Shown: in pieces, positions 44,668 to 58,425 of the stretch
Layout: every line of letters begins with the position of its first letter
Numbering within the stretch: position 1 is the first letter of the stretch
DNA from: the human T2T-CHM13v2.0 reference genome, Homo sapiens
Length of the DNA: 64,000 bases
NCBI RefSeq assembly: GCF_009914755.1
Contig: NC_060926.1
Reading direction: 5' to 3' (one strand)
The notes under the pieces: generated by a model
Told to the model about the DNA's origin: nothing
The model's input: the letters and a program-made list of their open reading frames with translations, nothing else
Databases searched by the model: none
Made by a program: the position numbers and the translations under genes

Positions 44668-46765
44668 TTTTAGAGTCGGAGGCAGTCTCAGAGGTTGTGA
44701 TACAAACTTTTAGTCTCTCTTCCTAGAAAAGTTAAATAAAACTGTCTTTCAAATGAATCACAGTAAATAGCATGAATAAAGACACTCCATCATTCACTAG
44801 TATAAATAAATAATTTTCCTTTAACAAATAATTATGTAACATCTACTATAGGCCAGATACTTCTTAAGAACTCAAATATTATTATCTGAATTTAATATAT
44901 TGAATATCTATTTACATACCCTAGTGTCTTCTGTTCTAACTTCCTGACAGTTACAAATTCTAGCTTTCAACTCTTAATTTCCCTCTCCTTCCCAAAATAA
45001 TATTTTCTGTATTATTGGTTTCAACTTTGTATAGGAATAGAACTGACCGGAATTCAAAAAAGTGTGAATTTAGGAACAGGTACACTGGTGAACAGTTTAT
45101 GTTCTCAAAGATTTTCCAGCCAAGAAATTTTTTTAAAGCATAAAATGATGGCTGAACATTGAAGACCATGAAGACTCTAGATATTCAGAAACAACCTCCA
45201 GGTTCAATAGAGAGGATAGGTCCTGGGCAATAGGTTCTTCTCAGTAAGAGAAGAAGTGGTTATTTAAGGAAGTAAAATGAAAGAGACCAATGAACTTTTG
45301 CAATAGTTAGCTATGAAGAGTACAGAATTGATTTCAAAAACAATTTTTTTCCTTTTCACACTTTTCCCATCCTCCTTGCTGACTACTAGACATGAAAAAT
45401 AAATTCTGACTACTTTCTGCCATTTTGGGAGGTAAAAGTGAGTTAAGGTCATTAAATTGTAGCAATTACATAGCTGCATTGTTTTTTGAGACTCTAGCAG
45501 GAGAAAAAAATCCACACACTGATCAGCAAAGAATATTCTTTCACATATGAGAAAGTGACTCTTCAGTGGAACTCAAGCATAGAAGGACTAGAGGAAGAAA
45601 AAACTTAAAAGTCACATAAGACATATGATTTCTGGTAATGGCAGAGTGGCTTGTTTGAAATAACCTGTCTATAATTTTAAAATATAGAAAATATATTTGA
45701 AAAATACAAGTATTTAAAGGCTCTCAATAGCAAATATGGAGAAAAAGGAATGAGGTTGGAAAATTGGCAGCTTTAGGCCTAAAGGCCCCCCAAGCCTCTA
45801 CTGCCCCATACTCAGCTTGCATGCTGCTTCATCTACAGAGAGCTACTGCCTTATTGGTATGAGGTGTCAGAGGATACAGCTCAGGCTAGCAGAACAATGA
45901 CCAAGTTTTGGGAGAGTACCTGGAAAAAAGGGAGCCATAGAGAGTGTGAACTCAATAATTTACTGAAAAAATCCACCCAAGAACTCTGTCTGCAAGGGGG
46001 GAGACTTTGCAGGGGGTTTTCTTAAAAAATACAGCAGCTGGAAACTAAGGAAACTGTATTATTCTGTTTTCACATTGTTATAAAGAATTACCTGAGACTG
46101 GGTTATTTATAAAGAAAAGAGGTTTAATTGACTCACAGTTCCACATGGTTGGGAAGGCCTTAGGAAACTTACAATCATGGTGGAAGGCAAAGGGAAAGCA
46201 AGGCATGTCTTACATGGTGGCAGGAGAGAGAAAGGGGGCAAGTGCCACAATTTTAAAACCAGCAGATCTTGTGAGAAGTCACTCACTGTCATGAGAACAG
46301 CATGGAGGAAACTGCCCCTATGATCCAATCGCCTCCCATCAGGCTCTTCCCTCAACATGTGGGGGTTATAATTCTAGATGAGATTTGGGTGGGGATACGG
46401 AGCCAAACCATATCATTTCACTCCTGGCCCCTCCCAAATCTCATGTTCTTCTCACATTTTAAAATACAGTCATGCCTTCCCAACAGTCCCCCAAAGTCTT
46501 AACTCATTCTAGCATTAGCACATTTTTCAAGTCCAAAGTCTCATCTGAAACAAGGAAAGTCCCTTCCACCTGTGAGCCTGTAAAATCAAAAGCAAGTTAG
46601 TTACTTCCAAGTTACAATGTAGGTGCAGGCAGTGGGTAGATGCTCCCATTCCAGATGGGAGAAATTGGCCAAAACAAAGAGGCTACAGGTCCCATGCAAG
46701 TCCAAAACACAGCAGGGCAGTCATTACATCTTAAAGTTCCAAAATAACCTCCTTTTATTAATCTC

Positions 46766-48041
46766 TTATATCCAGGGCATGCTGATGGAAGAGGTGGGCT
46801 CCCCAGGCCTTGGGCAGCTCAGATCTGCAGGGTACAGCCCCCATGGCTGCTCTCCTGTGGCTGCTTTCATGGGCAGGCTTTGAGTGCCTTTGGCTTTTCC
46901 AGGCTTACAGTGCAAGTTGTTAGTGGATCCACCGTTCTGGGATCTGGACAACGGTGGCCCTCTTCTCGCAGCTCCACTAGGCAGTGTCCCGGTGGGGACT
47001 CTGTGTGGGAGCTCCAACCCCACATTTCCCCTCTGCATTGCCCTACTAGAGGTTCTCCATGCAGGACCTGTCCCTGCAGCAAACTTCTTCTGCCTGAACA
47101 TCCAGACATTTTCATACATCCTCTGAAACCCAGGAAGAGTTTCCCACACTTCAACTCTTCTGTGTACCCACAGGCCCAACGCCACATGGAAGCCACCCCG
47201 GCTTGAGGCTTGCAATATCTGAAGCAATGGCATGAGCTGTACATTGGCCTCTGTCAGCCATGGCTGGAGCTGGAGCGGCTGAGACACAGGGCACCGTGTC
47301 CCAAGGCTGCACATAGCAGTGTGGCTCTGGGCCCAGCCCATAAAACCATTTTTCTTTCCTAAGCGTCTGGGCTGGTGATGAGAGGAATTGCTATGAAGAT
47401 CTCTGAAATACCCTGGAGACATTTTCCCCATTATCTTGGCTATTAACATTCGGCTCCTTGTTATTTATGCAAATTTCTGCAGCTGGCTTGAATTTCTCCC
47501 CAGAAAATGGGTTTTTGTTTTCTACCACATTGTCAGACTGCAAATTTTCCAAACTTTTATATTCTGCTTCCCTTTTAAACATAAGTTCCCATTTTGTATC
47601 ATCTCTTTGTGAATACATGTGACTGTACGCTTTCATAAAAAGTGAGGTCACCTCTTGAATGCTTTGCTGCTTAGAAATTTCTTCTGCCGGATACCCTAAA
47701 TCATCTCTCTCAAGTTCAAAGTTCCACAGATCTCCAGGGCAAGGGCAAAATGCCACCAGTCTATTTGCTAAAGCATAGCAAGAGTGACCTTTACTCCAGT
47801 TCCCAATAAGTTCCTCATCTCCATCTGAGACCACCTCAGCCTTGACTTTATTGTTCATGTCACTATCAGCATCTTGGTCAAAACAATTCAACAAGTCTCT
47901 AGAAAATTCTAAACATTTGACATCTTCCTGTCTTCTTCTGAGCCTTCCAAACTGTTTCAATGTCTGTCTGTTACCCAGTTCCAAAGTTGCTTCCACATTT
48001 TCAGGTATCTTTATAGCAGTGCCCCAAACTACTGGTATCAA
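46766..48041 (-). pseudogene. MaLR internal ORF remnant (gag-derived), in two long overlapping open frames
   Basis: 47391-48041: AIKIPENVEATLELGN..DQDADSDMNNKVKAEVVSDGDEELIGNWSKG..LWNFELERDDLGY..; 46766-47449 contains EVWETLPGFQRMY..GNVGLELPHRVPTG; typical THE1/MST internal ORF peptides. Confidence 0.8.
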
Positions 48042-48214
48042 TTTTCTGTATTAGTTCATTTTCACACTTATATAAAGAACTACATGAGACTGGGTCATTT
48101 ATGAAGAAAAGAGGTTTAATTGACTCACAGTCCCACATGGCTGGGGAGGCCTCAGGAAACTTAAAATCATGGTAGCAGGAGAAAAGGAAGCAAGGTACGT
48201 CTTACATGGTGGCT

Positions 48215-48215
<1 letters not shown>

Positions 48216-48249
<34 letters not shown>

Positions 48250-48283
48250 AAGAGGTAGAGACAGAGAGAGAGAGAGAGAGAGA
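48216..48283. repeat. (GA)n tract inside the THE1D 5' LTR
   Basis: Read directly; only a short GGAGAGAGAAAG seed at the equivalent site of the 3' LTR. Confidence 0.9.
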
Positions 48284-50084
48284 GGAAGTGCCACACTTCT
48301 AAAACCATCAAATCTCATGAGAACTCACTTACTGTCATGAGAACAGCATGGGGGAAACTGCCCCCATGATTCAGTCGCCTCCCACCAGTTCCTTCCCTTG
48401 ACACATGAGGATTACAATTCTAGATGAGGTTTGGGTGGCGGACACAGAGCTAAACCGTATCAAGAACTAAGGGGAGATTTCAGCTGATTTTTACCACAGG
48501 GGAACTGGAGTCTGGACTTTGAGTATAGTCAAAGTGACTATCTTCTAGACCAAAAACCATTGTTTAGAGGAATATGAAATATTCCAGAGTCTTCACAAAT
48601 GTATCATTTATAATGTGTAGATTCAATTTAAAAAATCACTCAACATGCTGAGAACAAGCAAAATGTTATCCATAGAGAAGAAAAAAACAAACAGTCAATA
48701 TAAACTGGCCTGAGAGGACCCAGATGCTGCAATTATCAGAAAACTTTTAAAGTAGTTATTATAAGTATGTTCAAAAACTTAAGAATGTTATACATATAAT
48801 GAATAAACAGATGGGTAATCTTAGCAGATGAACAGAAACTGCAGAGAAAAATACCAACTCAAATTCTAAAGATGGAAAGTGTAGTAACTGAAATAAAAAT
48901 TTTACTAGAAGAATTTAACAGCAGAAGAAACAATTGAACTTCAAGGCAGGTCAAAATAAAATATCTACTGTAAAATCTGGAAAGAAAAAGAAAGTGAAGA
49001 AATATGAACAGAACTGTAGAGACATGTGAGACTACCAAGCAGTAACCTATGTGTAATGAAGTCCCAGAAAGAGAGGCAAAGGAAATTTTCTTTTAAATGC
49101 TTGAAAACTTTTAACTTATGTTTAGTGAGACTTACACAAGATAAATGAAAAGAAAACACCGGGAACATCACAGTGAAACTGCTGAAATACAAAGATAAAA
49201 AGGTAACCTTGAAAGCCGCTAAAGAAAACTGTCACATTACACACAAGAGTACAATGATAGAAATGGTGGCTGACTTCTCATCATCAACAATGGAGGACAA
49301 AGTAAATGGAACACATCTTTGCAGGGCTAAATGACAAACACTGACTACACAGAATTCTACATACAGCAAAACCATCTTTCCAAAACAAAGGTGAAATAGA
49401 CATTTTCAATATATACAACAATTATTTATCAATAAAAAAGAATAAAAAAGATATTTTAAACAAAAATAAACAGGAAATTTGTTGTTAGCATATCTATTCT
49501 GTAAGAAAAGCTAAAGGAAGTTATCTTTTTCAGGCTGAGGAGAAACTATACCAGATGGTAATTTTAATCTATGTGAGGAAGCAAATCACTGTAAAGAGAA
49601 AATAATGTAAGTAAATAGAAAAGACTTAAGATTTTTTTCTTTTCTTAATTTTCCAAAAAACCACGATTGTTTAAAGCAACAATTATAACACCATAGCATG
49701 GAGTTCATAATGTTTATAGGCATAATGTATCTGACAATTATAGTGCTAAGGATGATGGTGGTGAATTGAACTATATTAGGTTTCCACAATTTTTACATGA
49801 GGTAGTAAAATATCAAGACCAAGTGAATTATTTTATGTTTAAGATACATGCTGTAATTTCTGGTAAAACCACTAGTAATACTGCAAAGAAATTATAGTTA
49901 CTAAAATATCAATAAAGAAATAAAAATGGAATACTAAAATATTCAATTATAATATAACATCTAATATGTAACATAACATAAAATAACACCTATAAATAAA
50001 AAAGAAATACACTGAAACTCCAATAAATGAATGAAATAAGAAGCACCAAGGAATAATCCACAAAGAAAAGAAAATAGAATTGTC

Positions 50085-50390
50085 AGCCCAGCTTGGTGGC
50101 TCATGTCTATAATCTCAACACTTTGAGAGGATGAGGCAGTAGGATCACTAGCGTCTAAGAGTTCAAGACCAGCCTGAGGAACATAATGAGACCCTGCAGA
50201 AAAAAATATCCCTGCATGGTGATGCATTTCTAGTAGTCTCGGCTACTCCGGAGGCTGAGGAAGGAGGATTGCTTTAGTCTGGGAGGTTGGGAGGTTGAGG
50301 CTGCAGTGAGCCGTGATTGCACCACTGCACTCCAGCCTAGGTGACAGAGTGAAACCCTGTCTTAAAAAAAAAGAATAAAGTAAAAAGTAA
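50085..50390 (+). mobile_element. AluJ(o), diverged
   Basis: ggtggctcatgtctataatctcaacactttg..gaggttgaggctgcagtgagccgtgattgcaccactgcactccagcc, then an A-tail. Confidence 0.85.
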
Positions 50391-52018
50391 AGTAAAATAG
50401 TCAATATAAAGGGATGTAGGCAATTTTTGAAGAAAAAATTCAGAAGAGCTTTCTGAAATCATTCAAAGCTATACTGTTATTTGAAAAGACAGCCAGCAAG
50501 AAATCTCTTTGGGAGATGTTCTAAAAATTTCTAGGAAGAGTCTGAAATAAGCTTGCATTTTTTCTTGCCTTATGCTGTAAATTTATCTTCAGACTTTAAA
50601 TAAAGTCCACTATACTCAAGAATCTTGTGTTAATAGTGTTTGGAGAAATGTTATTATAACTACCATTATCAATATAATTTATCCTGCTATTTTTCCTGAC
50701 TTTCTACTTTTACAAGTCAATGCAAGCCCATGACCTACTCTGTGCTAAGCACTATGCTATACACTTGTGCATTTTACCTTTTAGTCTGGATTCACACCCA
50801 TTTCACGGAGGGAAAAATATGGAGGCTTAGGGAGTGTAAGTGACTTATCGCAAATCACACAGCTAGTCGGTGGTGGATGAGCAAGTTGGTATCTGGCTCT
50901 CTGACTTTGGTGTCAACATGTGTAATCATAGAGCTATGCTGAAGGAAGAGAGATGGTACCCGCATGCAAAAAGTAAGCTAAAAAGAGATGCTGCCTTAAG
51001 GCTTAGAGTTAATGATTGGTAGCAGGTGTAGATGTTAATAGTTAAGAAGAACACTGCAGACTGGAAGATGTTGAAGCATTCAGGCAGCTATTGTCTGTAT
51101 TACAAAATGACTTACGATTAACATGGGATAATGATAATTTAAAAAACCAAGTGAGATACAAAATTGTAGTATAAAAATGTGATTAACATACATGTATTTA
51201 TTATTACTCATATAAGAATAACGCAGGAATTCAAATTTAAGAAGTGATATATCAGAATATTAAGAGTTACCTCTGTGTTTGGAAAGAGAGATCACATTGA
51301 TCTCTGCTGTTCTTTATGCATTGTATTTTCAAATTTTCTATCTTGAACATATCTTGTTTCCATACGCAGAAATGTATTTCCAAAAGAAGAAGAAAATAAA
51401 AACACGGCCATTTCAACTGCCCCAGGAAGAAATGTAAAAGGATAAACATAATTTCATCAGGCTTTAAAGAGTGTCTCTCATGGCAACTGCTTCTGAGAAT
51501 CTGATATCTTCTCTGAGGGAAACTGCTCATTAAACAGTTTTCAATAATGTGGTAAAGAAATACAGCAAAGTTATTAAAGAGATGGTGGCTCTCCTAGGGT
51601 ACACATACCACAGGGGCCAGAACCATTCTTTAAATATATTTTCATTTGACTACTGCTCCTACGGACTGTGGCCATATTACCATACCTAATTTCTAAAACT
51701 CCTTTTTAATGGGGGTCATTCTTCTTGCCTTAAAACTGGCTCATTTTATTGCCTCAGTGACTTTGTGGAGCCTGGTGGTTTTATGTTTTTTGATACTCAC
51801 ATATGGTTTGGTTTTTGCTAAATCAAAGGATATAGTCTGCGTGTGATGACTTTAGGAGCCTTTTAACACCTCACCTGCTCAGTGGTTGCTAAAATTATCT
51901 AAAAGTGTTTACTTGTTAATTATACAAATTACAGATAAGGTTTAAAAAACAGAGCACCTGGAAGTGGTCATGCATGGCAGTAAAATTACACTAAAGTATA
52001 CATGTCTACTTGTTACGC

Positions 52019-52065
<47 letters not shown>

Positions 52066-52100
52066 ATCTATCTATCTATCTATCTATCATCTGTCATCTA
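52019..52100. repeat. Compound STR (ATCT)11 ATC (ATCT)5...
   Basis: Read directly from the sequence. Confidence 0.95.
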
Positions 52101-55034
52101 TGCTTTAAACAATCAGAATTGATGGGGATTTCAGGAATCCCAAGATTTCTGAAATGGAGGGTGAGGAATAATCAAACCTCAAACCACAGAGTTTTTGTTA
52201 TGGACAGCGTATTCTTGTCTTATTGAGTACATACCTTGTTTATTAAACAGTTCTGCTCCAGTTTAACCCTAGCCAAAGGAGTTTGTATGGCTCTGTTGAA
52301 AGACTGTGAAGGTATGTAATGGACATACCTGGGTGAAAGTCCTCTTTTCCTCTCCTCTGGCTGTGTGATTGAAGGCTGGGTATTCAGTATCTCTGAGGCC
52401 TGGTTTCTGTATCTGTCAAATGAAGGTCGTGTAAACCAATGATCTACTCTATGCCAAACACTGCAATGTGTATGCACTTGACATGTGTTTAATCTTTGAA
52501 TTCACTCCCATTTCGTGGATGAGAAAATATTGAGGCTCATTGGTTTGTTACGGGGGTTAAAAGAGAGAAGGCTTGTAAAGTACAAGGCACAGGTGTCATG
52601 TCTCATAGGCACTCAATAAATATTTTTCCAATACTCCAATGTCCTTTGACAAGGGCAAAGCACACCAAGAGAACTAACTCCAACCGTAAATTAATGACTT
52701 TAACTTTTTAAGCACCTATTTATTTTCTGCCCGTAAAGATGTGTTCCTTCTTTTTTTCTCTGGTGAATTTCTATCCTATATTTCAAGTTCACATTTTATC
52801 AACTACACGAGTCTTTCATATTCACTCTATGAATGCTCATTTTTCCTTCCTTCAAATTTCTGTGTCTTAGAATTTATGCCCCTTGTTCTGGCTCCATATA
52901 TCATTCTGTTGGAATTTTGGTCTATTTTGTAAACTTTAGAGCCCAAGAGTTGTAGTCTAATTTTATGATTTACTTCATGAAGATTCAAGGAAAAATATTT
53001 AATATTTTGGGTCCTAGTTTCCTTATTTGCAAAATGAGGAGGGCAGGACCTTAATTCAATATTCCTTGAGGGTTAGTCCTTAGGTCAAGTTAAATAACGT
53101 ATGTGGAAGTGTCAACTGCATATATGTACACAGTGGGTTATTCACAAGTGCTAGTTCCTGCTGTCAATAGTCCTTCCTAAAACTAATATTTTTGAAGCAC
53201 AGACCATTTCTTATTTTTTGTTTGTATCTAATACAAGCCCACTGTCATGAATTATTCTGGTCACATTGAAACATGCAGCTTCCTACATGTGCTGTTCTAT
53301 GACAAGCATGTTGAAATTTTTTACCTAACTAACTCCTATTCATCCTTCAACACACAGCTCAGGCCTCACTTCCTCCTGGAAGCCTCCTGGGCTTATTTAG
53401 GCTGGGGTTTTTCCTCCATTCACAAGGCACTATGTGTTTCTATTATTTTCCTTATTATATTCCATTGCCCACATACATATTTTAGAGAGTAGGCCTTGAG
53501 ACTCTTAAGTGATTTATTTGTCATTATATCCCTAGAAGAGAGTTCAGGTCATGAAATACAGTTGCTCAATGAACAGTTGCTGAATGAATAAGTGAAGGAA
53601 TGGATGTAGCAAAAGACTCTGGGGAACTGAGTGCTGCAATTAAGCAAAACATCAGGTAAGATCCTGGAGATGTCTGATTGCCAATGAGTATGTTCAGCAT
53701 TAAATTACCCCACATACTGTTGGCATTTTTGGTGATTCTTTTATTCCTCACCCTCTTCCATGTCTCAAACTCTTAAATATGGCAAAAGACAGGTCAACAG
53801 TTGGCTCATTGGTCAGCCATCATGATGACCTTTGGAAATTTAACCACAAGAGATAGTTTGCCTTTATTCAGCAACTGGTTTATGTAACTTACAATCACTG
53901 TAATGGTTCAAATATCACAGTATTTGTATGCATGCAGTAGCCGATCTATAAAACATATGGCATTTTGAAATATTGATCTTTTCAGTGCCAGCAAGTAAGA
54001 GATATTAGTGTAGCCTGGGATTCCATTTGTAACTGTGGGATTAGAGTCAGAGAAGTGGAAAATTGGAATAGACCAAACTTCATGTGAAGTGGAAAGTACA
54101 TCTGGCAGTAGTGCTAAAGAAGGAGAATAACAAATAAGAGAAGCATTATTTTAAAAGCTGACTCAACCATCAAATGGGAAAGGAGCAGTCAGATGAATAG
54201 GCTTTAACTGCCTTGGCTTCCTATGCCTCCAGGTTGGCTTTGCGGACTTAAATCCAGCACAACAGCTGGAAAAGGCAAAGCTGAATTGATTTGGAAGCAG
54301 GAAAATGTGGCACCCCTATGGGCTCCTGTCACTTCTGTTAAGCAAATAAATGAAAAGAAGAATTCAGAAAGAAGTTCATTGTGGTCAGGAAAGGCTGAAA
54401 AAATTAATAGAACATTTTCCTAAAGCGTGGAATAATACCTTATAAATTTCTTTCAATGTCGTTTGCACTATGAAGTCCTTCTAGATCCTCACTTTCATGT
54501 CCACCTGCAGATCTGATCCTTTTCTTTTCTTTCAGTTCTTAACTCTTTGAAATATTTTGGGATAATGCCTTGTGTGCTTGACTTTGTGTATTTACCCATT
54601 TCCTTTGCTTTGGGTGGGAATCTGGTTTTATTTGATTTTGTGCATCCAGAGACAAAGTATCTGGCACACTAGCTGGCTATTTTGACTGAGTGGCTGCTAA
54701 ATCAATCTAGAAGAAATTTAGGAATATTTAGTTCATATCCTACGCACTAGACCTCTAAATAATTTCTATCCAAGAATTTATTCCCCATTCTCAGATGGGG
54801 CCAATTTCTCCATTTTTCACTTTTTCTCTGCAATGAAAAAGTAACTGGGATTCCATTTGTTGAAAAGAGGAAACGAAATTGACTGAAAAGAAATATTTCA
54901 TGTAACAGTGGTCAGCAGTTCTCATCTCCTTGGTTCTTCTTTCTTTAGTAGTCTCTTATAGGTTAGTGTCTACCATGTTCCTGAAATCAAGCCATAAAAG
55001 ACCACCTAGAAGATTCTGAGAATTTTTATACTAA

Positions 55035-56239
55035 GTGGAAAAGACAGTAATAGTCAACAAATATTTTATTGACTCTTCTTTGTTTCTCAGTTTTCTTTCT
55101 TTTTTTTGCTCTAATTATATTTTAAGTTCTGGGGTACATGTGCAGAACGTGGTGGTTTGTTACATAGGTATACACGTGCCATGGTGGTTTGCTGCACCCA
55201 TCAACCTGTCATCTACATTAGGTATTTCTCCTAATGCTATCCCTCCCCTAGCCCCCCACCCCCCTGACAAGCCCTGATGTGTGATGTTCCCCTCCCTGTG
55301 TCCATGTGTTCTCATTGTTCAACTCCCACTTATGTGTGAGAACATGTGGTGTTTGGTTCTGTTCTTGTGTTAGTTTGCTGAGAATGATGGTTTCCACGTT
55401 CCTCAATGTCTCTGCAAAGGACATGAAGTCATCCTTTTGTATGGCTGCATAGTATTCCATGGTGTATGTGTGCCACATTTTCTTTATTCAGTCTGTCATT
55501 GATGGGCATTTGGGTTGGTTCCAAGTCTTTGCTATTGTGAATAGTGCTGCAATGAACATACATGTGCATGTGTCTTTGTAGTAGAATGATTTATAATCCT
55601 TTGGGTATATACCCAGTAATGGAATTGCTGGGTCAAATGGTATTTCTAGTTCTAGATCCTTGAGGAATTGCCACACTGTCTTCCATAATGGTTAACTAAT
55701 TTACACTCCCACCAACAGTGTAAAAGCGTTCTATTTCTCCACATCCTCACCAGCATCTGTTGTTTCCTGACTTTTTAATGATTGCCATTCTAACTGGCGT
55801 GAGATGAAGAAGACATTTATGCAGCCAACAAACCTATGAAAAAAAGCTCATCATCGATGGTCATTAGAGAAATGCAAATCAAAACCACAATGAGATCTCA
55901 GTTTTCTTTCAAGTAGAGAGGGCCATGCAGCCACTTCTGGCCAATGAACTGTCAGGAGGTGCTCCATCTCCCTTTCACACTAAAGTAGTAAAAAAGCCCA
56001 AGTGCAATTTGCTACCTTTTCTCTTGCCTGTTATAACAATAGAGGAGGCTGCATACCACAGACGGTGTTCTATAAGATAGAGGAGCCTCCCTTAACCCAA
56101 TCTTTTAGTATTATGAAACCCCCACCAACCCACTGGGGACATACATACAGCATAAGGAGAATCAATTGTGTGTTTTAAGTAGCTGCATTTTGGGGACTGT
56201 TTGCTATGGCAGCATAACCTAGGCTATCCTGACTAATAC
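55035..56239 (+). mobile_element. MLT1I/J-like LTR, split by the inverted L1
   Basis: ggccatg..cttctggccaatga and 3' end tttggggactgtttgctatggcagcataacctaggctatcctgactaatac. Confidence 0.55.
55100..55895 (-). mobile_element. 5'-truncated, 5'-inverted L1PA7/8-like element (twin priming)
   Basis: Minus-strand 3'UTR and ORF2 end (55100-55806) joined to an 89-bp plus-strand L1 ORF2 piece (55807-55895); perfect 15-bp TSD tctcagttttctttc (55085-55099 / 55896-55910); EN site TTTC/AA. Confidence 0.92.
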
Positions 56240-57949
56240 CCATTACTTACACATTATCAGCAATTCATATATATATATATATTTCATTTATGGATGATAG
56301 GTTCACAGAGTTTGAGTGAAATGAAGCTTCTTGAAGCACGTTCTTATCCTTTGAAGGAGATGTCATGATACCAAGTGACTGTTCTTAGTATAGCATCATT
56401 AGTGCCACTGAAACTCATGAAACAATTGATTTGCTAGTGTGGTTTGGTTGAGCCAAATTATCATATTTTATGTATAACTCTGTACTTGATGCTATAATAG
56501 GGGAAAGGGAGAATAAAGGAGGATTATAAAATATATTTTCTGTTTTCCAAAAATTGATAAGTAAACTTTATTGTTTTGAGGAAGAGAAATATTATGCAGT
56601 TGAAGCAATGATGTAACAAAGCAGGAAAATATTGTATAATACTGAATAAATGTAATCTTCCATTGAGGCCCAAACACGTGGATAAAGGTAAATCTGCTTT
56701 GACATAATTGGACTCTACCATCTTGTCTTTGAATCACTGTGGTGATCTCTCAGACAATTGTTCTTGAAGAGTGCCTCGTTTTCGATGCTGAGCTCTAAAT
56801 GAATGAGGTGGAGTAGGTTAAGAGGAAGTTTCTCAGAGGGACTGTAAGTTGAACTTGACCTTGAAGGATGTACAAGAAAGAGGTGGGAAAAGCATTCAAT
56901 GCTTTGAGAAGAAAGATTAGAATGGAGGGGGTATGGGAATGACTACTTGGGTGGACCAGGGGATATGTTAGAAAACAATAGAGGAGGTCCAGGTTGTAGG
57001 GGCTGGGGGGACTTTTCTTATTCACTTAGAAAAATAATTCTTCATTAGCTAACCTTGTTTGTTGGTTAATCTTGTGCATTCTTCACTGTCAAGTTTGTAG
57101 TTTCTATGAGGTGATTAAAATGTGAGAACTTTTCAGTTTTCACCAAGGTATATGGTTCTAAATCATTTCACTATCCATACAAAGCCACAAACTCATTCCC
57201 TAATCTCTATCATCATCTATCCTTTATCCTTTTTATCATCACTCTTGCTCTTACTGTTAACACCAGATAGATACACAGGCTGAGGTACAGCAATGAAGTT
57301 TCTATGAGGATGGCTTGTATTCTAGATGGAACCTTAGGATGATGTTTACTTTCTCATGTCTTCGTTTATTCTTCTGTTTATTTGGCAAGTGTTAATTGAG
57401 TGTCTGCAATTGGGCTAGGTGTTAGGGATATAAAGAACAGTGTATTCTCTGCCCACAGAGTCTTAGAAGGGAAATAGGCTTACAATATTCTGCAGCACAG
57501 AGGGTTAATTATATAAGAGTTATGTTTGAGGAACAGTAGAGAGACTTAATTCCTGACAGCTGAAGTTCAAAACTGACCAGAATTTTATGTCAACTGATCT
57601 CTGGGTTTGAATTACTTGACTTGGCTACAACTAAAATATTTCCTTTTGGGTTAGTCTGATCCTGATGCGTAACAATGGACTCAATATCTTCCACTAGGGG
57701 TGCTTCCACCAGCCACATGCCACATGAAATAGGAGTTTGGGTACAATGACCCTCCAAAATAATTTTGGAGTATTATTGCCAGAAAGAGGAAGAAAAACAT
57801 ACAAATAGAATAAAAATCACAAATATCTACTACCTGTTGGTGAGCCTTTCTCAACAGAATTTTAGGAAGCCATGGAACATACCAGTTCAGAGGAGAGAAA
57901 CCTAGAATATAAACTAAATCTTTCTTGAGGGAAAGAAGAGGTACATGGA

Positions 57950-58425
57950 AGTGTGATACTCTCTTTTTCCCTTCACATTCGATCTCTAGCCTTCTTTCCA
58001 CCCTCCTCTGTTTGCCAAGAAACTGGCTTCCATGGGATGCCCTAAGCAAGATTCTTTGCTCTGTGACTTCCTCACTCAGAAGATGAGAAGGTGGAAGCAG
58101 AAAGAGGGAGAGTGTGTATTCACCTGGCTCCCTCCCTGCTGAGCTGAGATGGGCATAACCTTCTATCCTGTCCCATGATCCCAAGTGGGAGACAACATCT
58201 ACAGCTGCTACTAAAATTATGGCAATCACCCTCACCAAGGTCTACAATGTTTTCTCTCTTCTTGCCCTTTCAAGGCTAAGGGATGGAGCTGCTGCCTGCT
58301 GTTGCTGGCCCTGGGGTGCTTCACTGTTCCTTGCTGGCTCCTCTTAACCTTATTCACATCGTTTAAGCACGTGAAATATTACTCTGCTTGAGTGGGGTGT
58401 GTTTCTTGCTGGGTCTGCTAATGCA
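57950..58425 (+). mobile_element. LTR33-like ERVL solo LTR
   Basis: cttgccctttcaaggctaaggg..gctgttgctggccctggggtgcttcac..cttaacct..tgtttcttgctggg..ctaatgca. Confidence 0.7.

Larger units (their letters stand above)
46055..48462 (-). mobile_element. Full-length THE1D-type MaLR provirus (LTR-int-LTR)
   Basis: 3' LTR 46055-46415 and 5' LTR 48047-48462, both TGATA(T/C)GGTTT..TAATACA on the minus strand; about 1.63-kb THE1/MST internal region; flanks gaaac/agaac. Confidence 0.92.
45625..50080 (+). mobile_element. Old L1M (L1MC/MD-like) 5'UTR-ORF1 region, interrupted by the THE1D provirus
   Basis: gatttctggtaatggcagagt (L1M-like 5' end); degraded ORF1-like sequence at 48700-49600 (aacatcacagtgaaactgctgaaa..gctgacttctcatc..aacaatggagg); approximate. 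Confidence 0.65.

Noticed and set aside
57691-57704. CCACTAGGGGTGCT CTCF-like motif
   Set aside because: Lacks the conserved GGC core spacing; weak match.
57681-58238. 185-aa minus-strand ORF
   Set aside because: Mostly antisense LTR33-like sequence; no recognisable domain; non-ATG start.
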